Part shown: positions 18,381 through 29,429 of the stretch, one piece after another
Position numbering within the stretch: position 1 is the first letter of the stretch
Layout of the letters: each line of letters opens with the position of its first letter
DNA from: a bacterium
GTDB taxonomy: Bacteria > Bacteroidota > Ignavibacteria > UBA10030
Assembly (NCBI GenBank): GCA_043803945.1
Contig: JAZDJN010000064.1
Coordinates: forward strand, 33,506 to 97,505
Reading direction: 5' to 3'
DNA: 64,000 nucleotides
Made by a program: the position numbers and the translations under genes
The notes under the pieces: generated by a model
What the model saw: only the letters and a program-made list of their open reading frames with translations
Told to the model about the DNA's origin: nothing
Database searches by the model: none

Positions 18381-20414
18381 TCATTTTTTAGTCAACGTTA
18401 TCAGCATCATTTGTACCCTTACATCCTTTGTTTCTGTTCTGGGATTAGATCCATTTAAACTGCTGTAGGAATAGACCTCTTCCCATATAGCTGTCAAATA
18501 GAGGGGAACATAACTTTCACCTCCAAAATCCGTTGAGGAAAGGTAAACGGAAAATTTCGGTGTAGGAGATGTAGCGTAGGGCATTTGAAGACTTAACTCA
18601 TAATTCTTGAACCTGGCTTTATATTGATATTTTCTAGTCAACGTCTCTTGCTGTGGAGCCACCCAGTATGTTCCATCAAATATTACCTGACTGTCGAGAG
18701 AGGGATTATAATGATGTAAACTCAGGTCTTGCACCTTGACATCCAGAAGAATGGTTGCCGGCAGCACATCGCTCTGAATACTCATATCCATCAGCATACT
18801 ATAATTTGAGTTAACGGAGTTCCCGTTCAATCGAAGTGTTTGAGCCTGTGCGGTTCCCCCAAGAGTATATTGTGGCTGCATATCCCCGATATAATTGGAT
18901 AGGTTAACGATCTTCGTCTGAGGAATGGTGACCGTTTCAGCATTACTGAATTTACAGGGCTCCGATTTGACAACGATCCCTCCAAATTCAATCGATGCAA
19001 CAACCTGATCATCTTTCTTCAATGATGAATAGGCGCCATTCAACCGGATTTCAAATGTATTCTTTCTTGCTGTACCAGTGCCGGTGTAAGCCTTGGAGTT
19101 GATATTAATCGTAACCGGTCCATTATACATATTGGTTAAATCAAAGAGACCAGAATACTCATCCTCGAACGAGGGAATGGCATAAGATATTTTTCCTCGG
19201 ATGATGCCTCCGCTATCAACCTTGGCTTCCTTGACTTCCACCACCAACCATGGTATAAATACTCTTAGGGCATGAGCACCCGCCTCAATGACATTCGGCA
19301 TAAGCACACTCGCCTGACTTTTCACACAATCGACATCTACATAGGGCTTTCCGCGCAGAGAATCTTTCCCTAAAAGCCAGCTCGCTCCAAACCTGAGCGG
19401 ATACTTATCCTTGCACATTGTCACCGAGACTCCTCCCACATTTTTAATGAAGGAAGAGGCAGAACGATTATAATCCGATTCTGTGATGTTCGGATAGGGA
19501 TACGGATTCAACTGCCGAATTGCCGGATAATAAGCATTTGTTTTGATCGTCTGGTTCGTTACAAAGTTGAGATTGGTAAACGAGGCAAGCTCTTCAAACA
19601 GAGAGGTGTAGGTCTCTGCTGCTGTAAACTTGCCCGACAAGTAGCTGTTCGGTGCATTAGCATATCCATAGGTAGCAACGTTGAGACTCTTACAGATATT
19701 CTCAAATGGATCAGGATCACCAATCACCGAAAAAACCTCGGCTGGAAATCTTGGCGGATGGCTATCGTTGCGTACATGCGGGGTGCAACCCATATCGGCA
19801 AGCAGATGCAGGGATTGACCCAGGCATCGATACGCCATGGCCATATCCTGGTTCTTTTGACTGGGCAGCGAATCTTTCAAGGCCTTGATAATATATTCTT
19901 TGGCCTTATTCCAGCCATAAGGATTTTTAGAACTCATCACCCAGCTCTTGGCATCCATAGTAAGCCACGTCTTCAACTGGGTCAGCCCTGGGGAGCTCTC
20001 AATGAGTCCTGAATTATCCGTCAGGTATTTCTTGCCGCCATCGATGGCCATCGGATCATAGAAATGACACAACGAAGCAGGACCCCATGGTTCATCTTCC
20101 ATCCAGCCCCCTTCTTTAATCCAATTGATCGGGGTGTATTTCTTCGTAACCTCATCAGAGGATGTATAGTAGAGGTAGTAGTCCTGGGTGATAGCAGGAC
20201 CCGACAATTCGGGTGCTGCCGTATTATTCCAATTAAACTCGTAATACTTGAATTTACTTTCGGCAAATGAGGTGCTAGAGTATTTTGTAAGGAATGTTTT
20301 AACAATGTGTTCGTTCAAAGGAACATGCGTTTCCGTGTGTCCGAACCCTGAAAAGAGCACGATCACCACACCATAAGCAACAATACCGCTAACGAATTGG
20401 ATAAGTTTTTTCAT
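18381..20414 (-). CDS. Secreted protein with N-terminal Zn-dependent phospholipase C/P1-nuclease-like domain and beta-rich C-terminus
   Basis: Signal peptide then FGHTETH; GGWMEDEP, HFYDP, LGQSLHLLADM..PHVRNDSH, DPFE. Confidence 0.6.
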   Translation of the reverse strand: MKKLIQFVSGIVAYGVVIVLFSGFGHTETHVPLNEHIVKTFLTKYSSTSFAESKFKYYEFNWNNTAAPELSGPAITQDYYLYYTSSDEVTKKYTPINWIKEGGWMEDEPWGPASLCHFYDPMAIDGGKKYLTDNSGLIESSPGLTQLKTWLTMDAKSWVMSSKNPYGWNKAKEYIIKALKDSLPSQKNQDMAMAYRCLGQSLHLLADMGCTPHVRNDSHPPRFPAEVFSVIGDPDPFENICKSLNVATYGYANAPNSYLSGKFTAAETYTSLFEELASFTNLNFVTNQTIKTNAYYPAIRQLNPYPYPNITESDYNRSASSFIKNVGGVSVTMCKDKYPLRFGASWLLGKDSLRGKPYVDVDCVKSQASVLMPNVIEAGAHALRVFIPWLVVEVKEAKVDSGGIIRGKISYAIPSFEDEYSGLFDLTNMYNGPVTININSKAYTGTGTARKNTFEIRLNGAYSSLKKDDQVVASIEFGGIVVKSEPCKFSNAETVTIPQTKIVNLSNYIGDMQPQYTLGGTAQAQTLRLNGNSVNSNYSMLMDMSIQSDVLPATILLDVKVQDLSLHHYNPSLDSQVIFDGTYWVAPQQETLTRKYQYKARFKNYELSLQMPYATSPTPKFSVYLSSTDFGGESYVPLYLTAIWEEVYSYSSLNGSNPRTETKDVRVQMMLITLTKK

Positions 20415-20426
20415 GGTAGTTTCCCC

Positions 20427-20864
20427 TTAGAATCTCATAAGCTTCCAGGAATTATCCGCCTGCCGCGCAAGCCCTATGGAATACTCTACTCCATTGAAGG
20501 TGTACTTATATTCGGCATATAAATCACCATATAAAATAAGCTGTTTCGATTGGAGCGACTGTCCAAGTTTTATGAGATCATCTTTGTTGAGCGCAGTAAT
20601 ACCTTGCGAGTATGTGCTCTTCGCGGATTCTGTGAGGGTCGCAAGCACCTTCTGGGCATCTCCTGTTTTCAGAGCCTCCTGGACGCTCGTTGCCCCATCC
20701 TCAATCTGCTTCTGCGTAGCTGCATCGACAACCGGTTCATCAGCGACGGGATTATCCTTGTGTTTACAACTCCAGCCTCCATGCAGAGTAGCCGCAACGA
20801 TAATACCGATAAAGAAGAATTTGAGCGAAAGAGCTTTCTTCAACACTAACTTGTAAGAATTCAT
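20427..20864 (-). CDS. Hypothetical lipoprotein
   Basis: RBS AAGGAGG; lipobox GWSC; ends ...ARQADNSWKLMRF; 12 bp upstream of 18381..20414. Confidence 0.7.
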   Translation of the reverse strand: MNSYKLVLKKALSLKFFFIGIIVAATLHGGWSCKHKDNPVADEPVVDAATQKQIEDGATSVQEALKTGDAQKVLATLTESAKSTYSQGITALNKDDLIKLGQSLQSKQLILYGDLYAEYKYTFNGVEYSIGLARQADNSWKLMRF

Positions 20865-20960
20865 TTGATCCTCCTTTGAAATGACTGTTTGTAACACTTT
20901 GCATTTCATCTTAGTTCAACATTTTTTTTAAGCCTTTATCGTAGATCAACTGAAATACCT

Positions 20961-21293
20961 TTAAGTTGCTATCAACAATGGATCTCGAATCTTCGTGCTG
21001 GAGTTAAACGGAGCGGGAAAATTCTGATCGGATATTAATCGCACTGGAAGAACATCAGAACACTCTTCAATTCCATTCAGAGGAGATCGTATGGCAAGGA
21101 TATTCTTGCCATCGGCTGGCTCATTGGAAATCATTTTACTATTGCTGCTTGTGTTGCGAGTCAAATTTGCTGGCGCAGAAAACAATCGCCAGTGCAATTC
21201 CTGTTGCGCATGGATAGGTTGGAGAAGAAGTGCTGCAACATCAAGGCTGAGAAGACGACGAGCAATAAGTGGGTATTTGAGGGCTCTGTCCAT
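20961..21293 (-). pseudogene. Remnant of a T9SS/Por-secreted protein
   Basis: Signal-like N-terminus and degenerate CTD start SDQNFPAPFNSSTKI (compare LKQNFPNPFNPATTI in 43472..44650) that breaks off. Confidence 0.4.
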
Positions 21294-21491
21294 TGGAGAC
21301 GTTGGTTTGGACTCGTACCGAATGAACCAGAATTGTGCTCATAGTACTAAATACATCCCCGTGATGCAAGAAGGCACCTGTTTTGTAGCAGCACAATTTT
21401 GTCTAACGATTGTATTGTAAGTGTGAATTTCCTATTTGAAATCCCAACAAATTATGATTACATGGTACGAACGATTAACCATGAGGAGAGT

Positions 21492-22724
21492 ATGAAAACA
21501 GCATTGTGGATTACCCTAAGCTGCATGATGATTGGCGGCTTTCTCTTTGCCCAGCAAAGGCCGCCGGCCAACATAGAATTCGTGGAAAGCATTCCCGTCG
21601 AGACATCCCTGGACAATCCCGATATTCGCAACACACGGGAAGTCTGGCTCGAGATGATTCGTGCAGCCAGGAAGACGATTGATCTGGAACAATTTTACAT
21701 CTCTCCTCAGAAAGGCGAGACGCTTGACGACATCATTAAGGCACTCCGTACTGTTGCCGGCCAGGGCGTGCGCGTCCGGTTTATTATTGACAAGAATATG
21801 TACAAGACCTATCCTGCCATGGCCGATTCGTTCAGCAGGATGAAGAATATTTCTCTCCGCATTATCGATTTCGGTTTGCTTGCCGGGGGAATTCAGCATG
21901 CAAAGTATTTCGTTGTCGATGGAGAAGAGCTATTCATTGGCAGCCAGAATTTTGATTGGCGGTCGCTAAGTCACATTCACGAACTTGGGCTGAGAGTACG
22001 CCAGAGAGAGATCGCGAAAGTCTATCAACAACTCTTCGATCTGGATTGGCGGTTGGCAGCGTTGAAAGAGAAGGATAGCTTACGACTGCTTCTTTCTTCC
22101 TATTCACATTCTTCTCCCTTTCCTGTGCGTGTATCAACATCTCAGTACGGCACAGTGACAATTCAACCGACCTATAGCCCCCGTACAGTCATTCCCGATA
22201 CAAGCCTGTGGGACGAATCCCATCTGATGCGGCTCATAGGGGGAGCTCAGAAAGAGGTCTGTTTGCAATTTCTCTCTTATTCTCCCCGCGGACGGGATAA
22301 CTCCTATTATGAAGCGCTGGATGGCTCCCTTCGTAACGCTGCAGCACGAGATGTAAAAGTCAAACTGCTCGTCTCCGATTGGCAAAAAGGAACTCGGGCA
22401 GAACGGTATCTGAAAGAACTATCGGCTGTCCCGAATATCCAGGTCAAGTTCAGTGCCATTCCCGATTGGTCGCGGGGATATGTTTCCTTTGCGCGTGTTG
22501 AACACTGCAAGTACATTCTTGTCGATGGAAAGCGGTTTTGGCTCGGTACCAGCAACGGCGAGAGGAGTTACTTCCACACCTCACGGAATGCCGGCCTCAT
22601 CGTTGAGAACGATCAATTGGCAGCAAGGCTGCATCAGATTTTCTACAAAAGCTGGGAGAGCGCATACACGGAGCTTGTCCATCTTTCAACGACGTATGCT
22701 CCACGAAAACATACAGAGGAGTGA
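21492..22724 (+). CDS. Secreted phospholipase D-superfamily protein (PLD3/K4-like)
   Basis: RBS GAGGAG; signal peptide; VESIP; two HKD motifs HAKYFVVD..GSQNFDWRSL and HCKYILVD..GTSN. Confidence 0.88.
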   Translation: MKTALWITLSCMMIGGFLFAQQRPPANIEFVESIPVETSLDNPDIRNTREVWLEMIRAARKTIDLEQFYISPQKGETLDDIIKALRTVAGQGVRVRFIIDKNMYKTYPAMADSFSRMKNISLRIIDFGLLAGGIQHAKYFVVDGEELFIGSQNFDWRSLSHIHELGLRVRQREIAKVYQQLFDLDWRLAALKEKDSLRLLLSSYSHSSPFPVRVSTSQYGTVTIQPTYSPRTVIPDTSLWDESHLMRLIGGAQKEVCLQFLSYSPRGRDNSYYEALDGSLRNAAARDVKVKLLVSDWQKGTRAERYLKELSAVPNIQVKFSAIPDWSRGYVSFARVEHCKYILVDGKRFWLGTSNGERSYFHTSRNAGLIVENDQLAARLHQIFYKSWESAYTELVHLSTTYAPRKHTEE

Positions 22725-22903
22725 TACAATGCTGAATCGTTTTGATCGTCGTACTCACTGCGTATCGTCAAAAAGAACTGTGGTTTAACACCATGAATGA
22801 ATTCTTTTATCTTCTGCTAATCCTGAGAATATGCTGAGCATCCCAAGACGCGCATAATCCGTTCTCACGCTCGATTCCTTCGCAGGATTCTTCCCTGATT
22901 GGC

Positions 22904-23173
22904 ATGACGGATCTCGCTGTACTCTCTGAACAAGAGATGTGGAGTGTTGGCGAGAAGGGAAGTATCCTTCACTATGCACAGAAGGCCTGGCATCGGCATC
23001 CCTCCCCAGCAAGTTCCGACCTGATACAAATGAAGAAAGTCAGGAGCACAATCAGTGAAAACTGGTCAGCCGGTAACTTCCTGGGATCCAAACGAAAAAA
23101 TTGGGCCGACCGGCTATGGCACTCAGGGATTTATCTCTTCGGCTGGGAAGATGAACTACCAAATACTTTTTGA
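22904..23173 (+). pseudogene. Fragment of a YCF48/BNR-like beta-propeller protein
   Basis: Single blade WSVGEKGSILHY..W...SP..DL, no further blades, stops upstream. Confidence 0.35.
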
Positions 23174-23351
23174 AAATAACAAAGAGGCAATTGCACCCGT
23201 GTACAAAGCGTAATCGTTTTTTCCGTTTACTCAATTATAACCCTACGGTGATACCCCGCATAAATCGCACCATCAATAGTGTTTGTCCAAGGATGTTCGT
23301 ACATTTCTCCAGTTTCTTTTTTCGTCCCTTGTACACTCTACGGAGATTTCC

Positions 23352-24908
23352 ATGAAGGCTTACTCTCGACTTTGCTTCATCCTGCTCATCACGGCTGCAT
23401 TTACCAATCTTCATGCTCAAACAATGCCGCCGGAAATTGACTCTCTCATCAATCAGGTACAACAAGCGTTCGATGTACCCGGAGTCTCTCTCGCCATCGT
23501 GAAAGATGGCAAGGTGCTCCTTGCGAAAGGGTACGGCGTAAAGAAGCTCGGTGCAACCGATCAGGTCGACAGCAAAACGAACTTTGGGATCGCTTCGAAC
23601 ACAAAGGCATTTACTGCCACGGCCCTTGGGCTTCTTGTTGAAGAGCGAAGATTGAAATGGAATGCCCGCGTGGTAGATTACCTTCCCTGGTTTCAACTTT
23701 CTGATCCCTACGTGACACGCGAGATGACTATTCGCGACCTGCTTGTTCATCGGAGCGGGCTCGGTCTCGGAGCCGGCGATTTGCTCTGGTGGCCCACTTC
23801 AACGTATGACCGGAAAGAAATTGTGCGGCGGTTGCGCAACATACCCCTGGCAACAAGCTTCCGCAGTGCGTATGCGTACGACAACGTTCTGTATCTTGTC
23901 GCCGGCGAAGTGATTGAAGCAATCAGCGGAATGTCATGGGAAGCATTTGTCCAGACACGCATCCTTGACAAGGTGGGGATGATGAACAGTAACACCCGTC
24001 ATTCCGACGCGAACAAGAAGGGAAATATTGCTACACCCCATGCACCCATCGATGGCAAGGTGAGACCCGTCACTGCGTTCGACAGCGATAACACTAATCC
24101 GGCCGGCGGTATAAACTCCAATGCGGAGGACATGGCAAAATGGATGATCTGCCAGCTCGATTCAGGCAGAGTTGCAAATGGTGGAAGGCTGTTTTCACCG
24201 GCGATAACCCGGGAATTATGGACCCTCGTTACACCCATGCCCATCGGCATAGCATCAGGAGAATTCAAACCGCTTCAGGCAAATTTTCTCGGGTATGGCC
24301 TCGGATTCGACCTACGCGATTATCGGGGAAAGAAGCTCGTGACCCATACAGGTGGATTGCCCGGGTATGTTTCGCGTGTCGCGATGATTCCGGAATTAAA
24401 ACTCGGCATATCGATCCTCACCAACCAGGAGTCCGGCGAAGCATTTAACACTATCGCATTTCAGATCCTCGACTATTATCTCGGAGCACAATCAAATTGG
24501 CTTACACTTTTCAAGAATCTTAAAACAAGGAACGACTCGTTAACAGCTCTTGCAGAAGTCTCGGTTACAAAATCGAAAAAGGCTGATTCTAACCCCTCGC
24601 TGCCGCTGCAATCTTACACCGGCCATTACACCGACACCTGGTACGGAGACCTCAAAATTTCAAACGACAACGGCCAATTGAAAATTCAAATGGTGCCCAC
24701 CCCATCGCTTTCAGGAATGCTGGAGCATTATCAGCACGATACGTTCATTGCTCGCTGGAGTGATCCGGAAATGCGTGCCGATGCGTTCGTGACATTTTCC
24801 ATGCTTCCCGATGGAAGCATCGAACAGATAAAAATGCGTGCCGTTTCACCTGCCACTGATTTCAGCTTCGATTTTCAAGACCTGCTCTTCAAACCGGTAA
24901 AGAAATAA
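23352..24908 (+). CDS. Serine hydrolase, beta-lactamase class C-like, with DUF3471-like C-terminus
   Basis: IASNTK (SxxK), YDN, HTGG; YTGHYTDTWYG C-terminal domain; signal peptide. Confidence 0.9.
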   Translation: MKAYSRLCFILLITAAFTNLHAQTMPPEIDSLINQVQQAFDVPGVSLAIVKDGKVLLAKGYGVKKLGATDQVDSKTNFGIASNTKAFTATALGLLVEERRLKWNARVVDYLPWFQLSDPYVTREMTIRDLLVHRSGLGLGAGDLLWWPTSTYDRKEIVRRLRNIPLATSFRSAYAYDNVLYLVAGEVIEAISGMSWEAFVQTRILDKVGMMNSNTRHSDANKKGNIATPHAPIDGKVRPVTAFDSDNTNPAGGINSNAEDMAKWMICQLDSGRVANGGRLFSPAITRELWTLVTPMPIGIASGEFKPLQANFLGYGLGFDLRDYRGKKLVTHTGGLPGYVSRVAMIPELKLGISILTNQESGEAFNTIAFQILDYYLGAQSNWLTLFKNLKTRNDSLTALAEVSVTKSKKADSNPSLPLQSYTGHYTDTWYGDLKISNDNGQLKIQMVPTPSLSGMLEHYQHDTFIARWSDPEMRADAFVTFSMLPDGSIEQIKMRAVSPATDFSFDFQDLLFKPVKK

Positions 24909-24917
24909 CGAACATAT

Positions 24918-24967
24918 AGAAGTCCGTCTTTTTCCCATGATCTCTCTTGATCAAAAAACGGACTTCT
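24918..24967. repeat. Palindromic repeat family A (AGAAGTCCGTCTTTT...AAAAGACGGACTTCT), copy 1
   Basis: Inverted arms shared with 54686-54734 and 60604-60653; about 10 bp after a stop codon. Confidence 0.75.
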
Positions 24968-25087
24968 TCTCCGGCCCAAAAGCTGGGAGGGAGCTCAGCT
25001 CCCGACCTACACAGAAAATAGCTGTGCCCATTCACACTTCGTCTCAACTTCGTTGCTTCTCTCCTCTCCATTCTCTACCTTTTCTTT

Positions 25088-25753
25088 ATGAAAAGAACAC
25101 TCATGGCTCTCATTGTACTTAGTGCCCTGGCACAGTGTTTTGCCCAGCAACGGGTAGAGAGCCAGTTTCGGATCGCGCGGTTAAAATACAGCGGCGGGGG
25201 CGATTGGTATAACGACCCATCTGCCGAGGTCAATCTGCTTAAATTCATCCGGCAGAATGCGGGTATTGATACAGATCCACGCTATGAGTTTGTTGACCTG
25301 ACAAGCGAAAAATTGTTCTCCTATCCATTCCTGTTTATGACGGGCCATGGCAATATTGTGTTTTCGGAAACCGAAGCCCAGCGACTGAGATCGTATTTAC
25401 TCAACGGCGGCTTTCTCTATATCGACGACGACTATGGCCTCGATAAAGCACTCCGGCGGGAGATGAAAAAAGTGTTCTCCGATCTCTCGTTTGTTGAACT
25501 CCCTTTTTCGTATGGATTGTACCACTGTCATTTCAATTTCCCCAACGGTGTACCAAAAACCCATGAGCATGATAACAAGCCGCCACGAGGATTGGGAATT
25601 TTTTACGGCGGTAGGCTTGTTGTATTCTATACCGTTGAGTCGAATCCGAGCGACGGCTGGGCAGATCCGGAAGTCCATGGCGACCCTGAATCGGTACGGC
25701 AGGAAGCGTTGAAATTCGGCACTAATATTGTCGTCTGGGCGCTCACACAATAA
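25088..25753 (+). CDS. DUF4159 domain protein
   Basis: IARLKYSGGGDWY, YPFLFMTGHG, GGFLYIDDDYG, SDGWAD. Confidence 0.88.
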   Translation: MKRTLMALIVLSALAQCFAQQRVESQFRIARLKYSGGGDWYNDPSAEVNLLKFIRQNAGIDTDPRYEFVDLTSEKLFSYPFLFMTGHGNIVFSETEAQRLRSYLLNGGFLYIDDDYGLDKALRREMKKVFSDLSFVELPFSYGLYHCHFNFPNGVPKTHEHDNKPPRGLGIFYGGRLVVFYTVESNPSDGWADPEVHGDPESVRQEALKFGTNIVVWALTQ

Positions 25754-25867
25754 ACCGCCAAGCCGCCAAGAGCGCCAACGTATTATAAAATTCAAAGAAG
25801 AATTGCAGAACGTTATGTTAAATAGACCTTTTCATCCGGCTGGTGTAACCCGGATTCATAAACAATC

Positions 25868-28800
25868 GTGACATTTTCATCCACCATACTTCAGGATATT
25901 CTGAAAAGGCTGCAGCAGGTTCGATCGCTGCAGTATCGGGTTGAGCTGCAAGCGGGCATCTTTCTCTTTGGGATACTCACCTTGCTGATATTCTATCTCT
26001 GCCTCCTTGCCGAGCTGGCGTTTCAGCTGAGCTCGCCGTTGCGGACTTTTCTGTTCTACTCATTTTTCCTGCTTGTCGGTATCGGCCTGATTCGATTTAT
26101 TCTGATGCCCATACTCCGGTGGAGCTGCATACTGAAATCGCTGGATGATTTTGACCTTGCTCAACATGTAGGCGCATCGTTCCCTACAATCCGCGATCGT
26201 CTTTTCAACCTTCTTCAACTTCATCGAGAGGTAACATCTGGAAATACTCTTTATTCACCGGAGCTGGTTGATGCCTCATTTCAGGATCTCGCCGAGAATG
26301 TGAGCACCATTGATTTTACCGCATCTGTTGATACAACCCCGGTAACAAAGGCTCTCAAGCTTTTTGCATTCTGTCTCTTTGGAGCCTTTGTTATTGTTAT
26401 AACGGCACCATCAGTATGGTCGGCCGCACTGTACCGTATCTGGAATTACACCGAAGAGTTCGCTGTGCCGGCAGAGTACTCGTTCGAATTGACCCCGGGC
26501 AACAAAGAGATCGTCAAAGGACAATCCGTGGAACTCACAGCCAGAGTTTTCGATACGTTTGGATCCCGCGTGGCCGGCCAACCGTTGACACTCTTCTGGA
26601 AAGTGGAGGGGCAGGAAACCTATGACCAACTCCTCCTGCAGCCAGATTCCACCGGTATGGTCAAAACAACGATGCACAATATCCGTGCGACAACATCGTA
26701 CTTTGCACAACTTCGAACGACACAGAGCGCGCGATGTACACTCACCGTAATCGATCGGCCGCTGATCCGCTCATTCCAGGTGCGCCTTGAGTATCCCTCT
26801 TATGCAAAGCTGCCGCCAAGAGTTCAGGAAGAGTTTGTCGGCGACATTACTGCTCTTGCCGGAACACAGGCAACAATTATGGGAACAGCAAGTAAGGATA
26901 TTCTTTCCGGACGGATTGTTTTGGGAACATTGAAGCCCGTTCCACTTTCTGTGCAGGCACAACGTTTTAGCATCACCGTTCCCATCGATTCCGACGCTGC
27001 ATACCACCTCGAACTCATTGATCATGAACATCTCACCAACGCCGATCCCATACAGTATTCTATCAAGGTTCTGCCCGATGAGCTTCCCATTGTTTCGATT
27101 ATCCAGCCGGGGAGGAACCTCGATATTGCAGGAGATCAATTCCTCCGCTTGATCATTCAAGCGAAAGATGATTTTGGCCTCTCTTCTATGCGGCTCGGAC
27201 ATCGGCTCATTCAATCACGGTATGAAAAGCCTGCACAGTCGTTCACCTACACACCCATTCCTCTTCCGTCGTCTTCTGGTGCCCAGATTGAACTCCCCTT
27301 CACATGGGATCTTTCAAAGATGAGCCTTGTGCCGGAAGATGCTGTGGAATATTTCGTTGAAGTATTTGACAACGATAATGTCCGCGGGCCAAAAAGCAGC
27401 AGAAGCTCGATCTATCTTATCCGCTTGCCTTCCCTTGAAGAAGTCTTCAAGGAATCAGACAAAGCCCATGAACAATCGCTCGACGACCTGAAACAAACAC
27501 TGGAAGCTGCCAAACAATTGAAGGAAAAAGTAGAATCGATAAGCCTCGACATGAAACGGAATAAAGAAATGGGCTGGCAGCAGCAGAAAAAAGTCGAGGA
27601 GATGTCAAAGCAATATCAGGAGATTCAGAAGGAGTTGAATAACGTCAACAAGCGGCTGGACGATATGGTGCAAAGCCTCGATCGACAGAATGTTCTGTCG
27701 AAGGAAACCCTGGAAAAGTACCTGGAATTGGATCAGCTTCTCTCGCAAATGAACTCTGCCGAACTCCAGCAGGTATTGAAACAGATGCAGCAGTCGATGC
27801 AAAATGTTAATCGCGACCAGCTCCGTCAGGAGCTTCAAAAGATGAGTTTTTCAGAAGAACAATTTCGCTCGAATATCGAACGGACGATCGAACTTCTCAA
27901 GCGAATCCAGATCGAGCAGAAATTCGACGAGGTACGCAAGCGGACAGAGGAGATTGCAGCGGCCCAGCGTGAGTTGAATGAGAAAACAGCCGACACCACC
28001 GGATCCAAAGAAGCCATGAATGATCTTGCCAGGCGACAGAGCGATCTGGCCGCAAAGCAGCAGCGCCTTCAGGAAGAATCTGTCGACCTGCAAAAGAAAA
28101 TGGAAGAGTTTTTCACCGAGATGCCCTCGGACCGGCTCGATCTGCTGAACCAGCAGATACAGGGGCAAAACCTACCCGGCAAGATGCAGCAAACGGGTCA
28201 GATGATGATGCAGGGAAAATCTCAGCAAGCACAGAAAAGCCAGAAGATTATTGAAGAGTCGCTCGGGCAGATTGCAAAAGAATTTTCAGACATGCAGCAA
28301 CAGATGCTCCAGCAGCAACAGCAGTACATCATGAATGAATTTCGAAGGCTGGTGAATAACATTCTTGACCTTTCAAAAAAAGAGGAAGAACTTAAAACGC
28401 AGTCGCAGAATGCCCCGGCAAACTCGCCGCAATTCCGGCAGAACGCACAAGACCAGGTACAGATCATGCGCGACATGGAGAACATTGTAAACAGTCTGGG
28501 CGATGCCGCACGGCGATCCTTTGCCGTAACACCCGATATAGGACGCTCCATCGGAGAAGCATATAACGCGATGAGATCGGCCCTCGAAGCGCTCGAAACA
28601 CGGAACAGCTTTTACGCTTCACAGCAACAAGTGTCTGCGATGGCAGCATTGAACAAGGCGGCATCGCAGATACAGAAGGCCATGCAATCAGCGATGCAGG
28701 GTGGCGGAGGCACAATGGGCGGATTGATGGGTCAATTGCTGGGACTTGCTGGACGACAGGAGATGGTGAATGAACAAACGCAGTCGATGCAAGCGGCAAG

Positions 28801-29245
28801 CGATGCAGCGCGCCTTGCCCTTGAACAGGAGGCAATCCGCAAATCCCTTGAGCAGCTAAACCGGGAAGCTCAGGCAAGCGGCGACCAGCAAAAGCTGCTC
28901 GGCGACCTCGATCGCATTGGAGATGAGATGCAGGAAGTGATCCGGAATCTTGAGCAAAACGATGTGAATCCGGAAACCATACGCAGGCAGGATCGCATCC
29001 TTTCCCGATTGCTCGATGCTTCCAAATCGATGCGTGAGCGCGATTACGAAAAGCGCCGGAAAGCGACTACAGGAACGGATATTACCCGGCGAAGCCCGAA
29101 CGAACTCGATCCTACAATAATTGAAGGACGAAGCCGTTTGCTGGAAGATCTGCAGAAAGCCCTCGAACAGGGGTACACAAAGGACTATCAGGAGCTGATA
29201 CGGAAATATTTCGATGCATTGCAAAAAGCAGAAGGAAAACGGTAG
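25868..29245 (+). CDS. DUF4175-like membrane-anchored protein with Ig-like domains and long Q/M-rich coiled coil
   Basis: N-terminal TM helices; AKDDFGLS and YFVEVFDND motifs; C-terminal YQELIRKYF. Confidence 0.72.
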   Translation: MTFSSTILQDILKRLQQVRSLQYRVELQAGIFLFGILTLLIFYLCLLAELAFQLSSPLRTFLFYSFFLLVGIGLIRFILMPILRWSCILKSLDDFDLAQHVGASFPTIRDRLFNLLQLHREVTSGNTLYSPELVDASFQDLAENVSTIDFTASVDTTPVTKALKLFAFCLFGAFVIVITAPSVWSAALYRIWNYTEEFAVPAEYSFELTPGNKEIVKGQSVELTARVFDTFGSRVAGQPLTLFWKVEGQETYDQLLLQPDSTGMVKTTMHNIRATTSYFAQLRTTQSARCTLTVIDRPLIRSFQVRLEYPSYAKLPPRVQEEFVGDITALAGTQATIMGTASKDILSGRIVLGTLKPVPLSVQAQRFSITVPIDSDAAYHLELIDHEHLTNADPIQYSIKVLPDELPIVSIIQPGRNLDIAGDQFLRLIIQAKDDFGLSSMRLGHRLIQSRYEKPAQSFTYTPIPLPSSSGAQIELPFTWDLSKMSLVPEDAVEYFVEVFDNDNVRGPKSSRSSIYLIRLPSLEEVFKESDKAHEQSLDDLKQTLEAAKQLKEKVESISLDMKRNKEMGWQQQKKVEEMSKQYQEIQKELNNVNKRLDDMVQSLDRQNVLSKETLEKYLELDQLLSQMNSAELQQVLKQMQQSMQNVNRDQLRQELQKMSFSEEQFRSNIERTIELLKRIQIEQKFDEVRKRTEEIAAAQRELNEKTADTTGSKEAMNDLARRQSDLAAKQQRLQEESVDLQKKMEEFFTEMPSDRLDLLNQQIQGQNLPGKMQQTGQMMMQGKSQQAQKSQKIIEESLGQIAKEFSDMQQQMLQQQQQYIMNEFRRLVNNILDLSKKEEELKTQSQNAPANSPQFRQNAQDQVQIMRDMENIVNSLGDAARRSFAVTPDIGRSIGEAYNAMRSALEALETRNSFYASQQQVSAMAALNKAASQIQKAMQSAMQGGGGTMGGLMGQLLGLAGRQEMVNEQTQSMQAASDAARLALEQEAIRKSLEQLNREAQASGDQQKLLGDLDRIGDEMQEVIRNLEQNDVNPETIRRQDRILSRLLDASKSMRERDYEKRRKATTGTDITRRSPNELDPTIIEGRSRLLEDLQKALEQGYTKDYQELIRKYFDALQKAEGKR

Positions 29246-29429
29246 AAAGACTGCTATCTGTAGCCTGCTCTCTTTGTGGTGTTAACTCTTCTTGTCGGAC
29301 TTATTACTGATGTGCCTGGCATGCCTCCTACGCTTTTCCGCGATAATTTCCTCGATGGATTACTGATGGGATTAGGGATAGGTCTCGGTGTGGAGGTTGC
29401 TGAATCCATTATTCACCATTCGCCATTCT

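Noticed and set aside
21492-22724. PLD as an anti-phage nuclease
   Set aside because: It has a signal peptide and no defence-gene context
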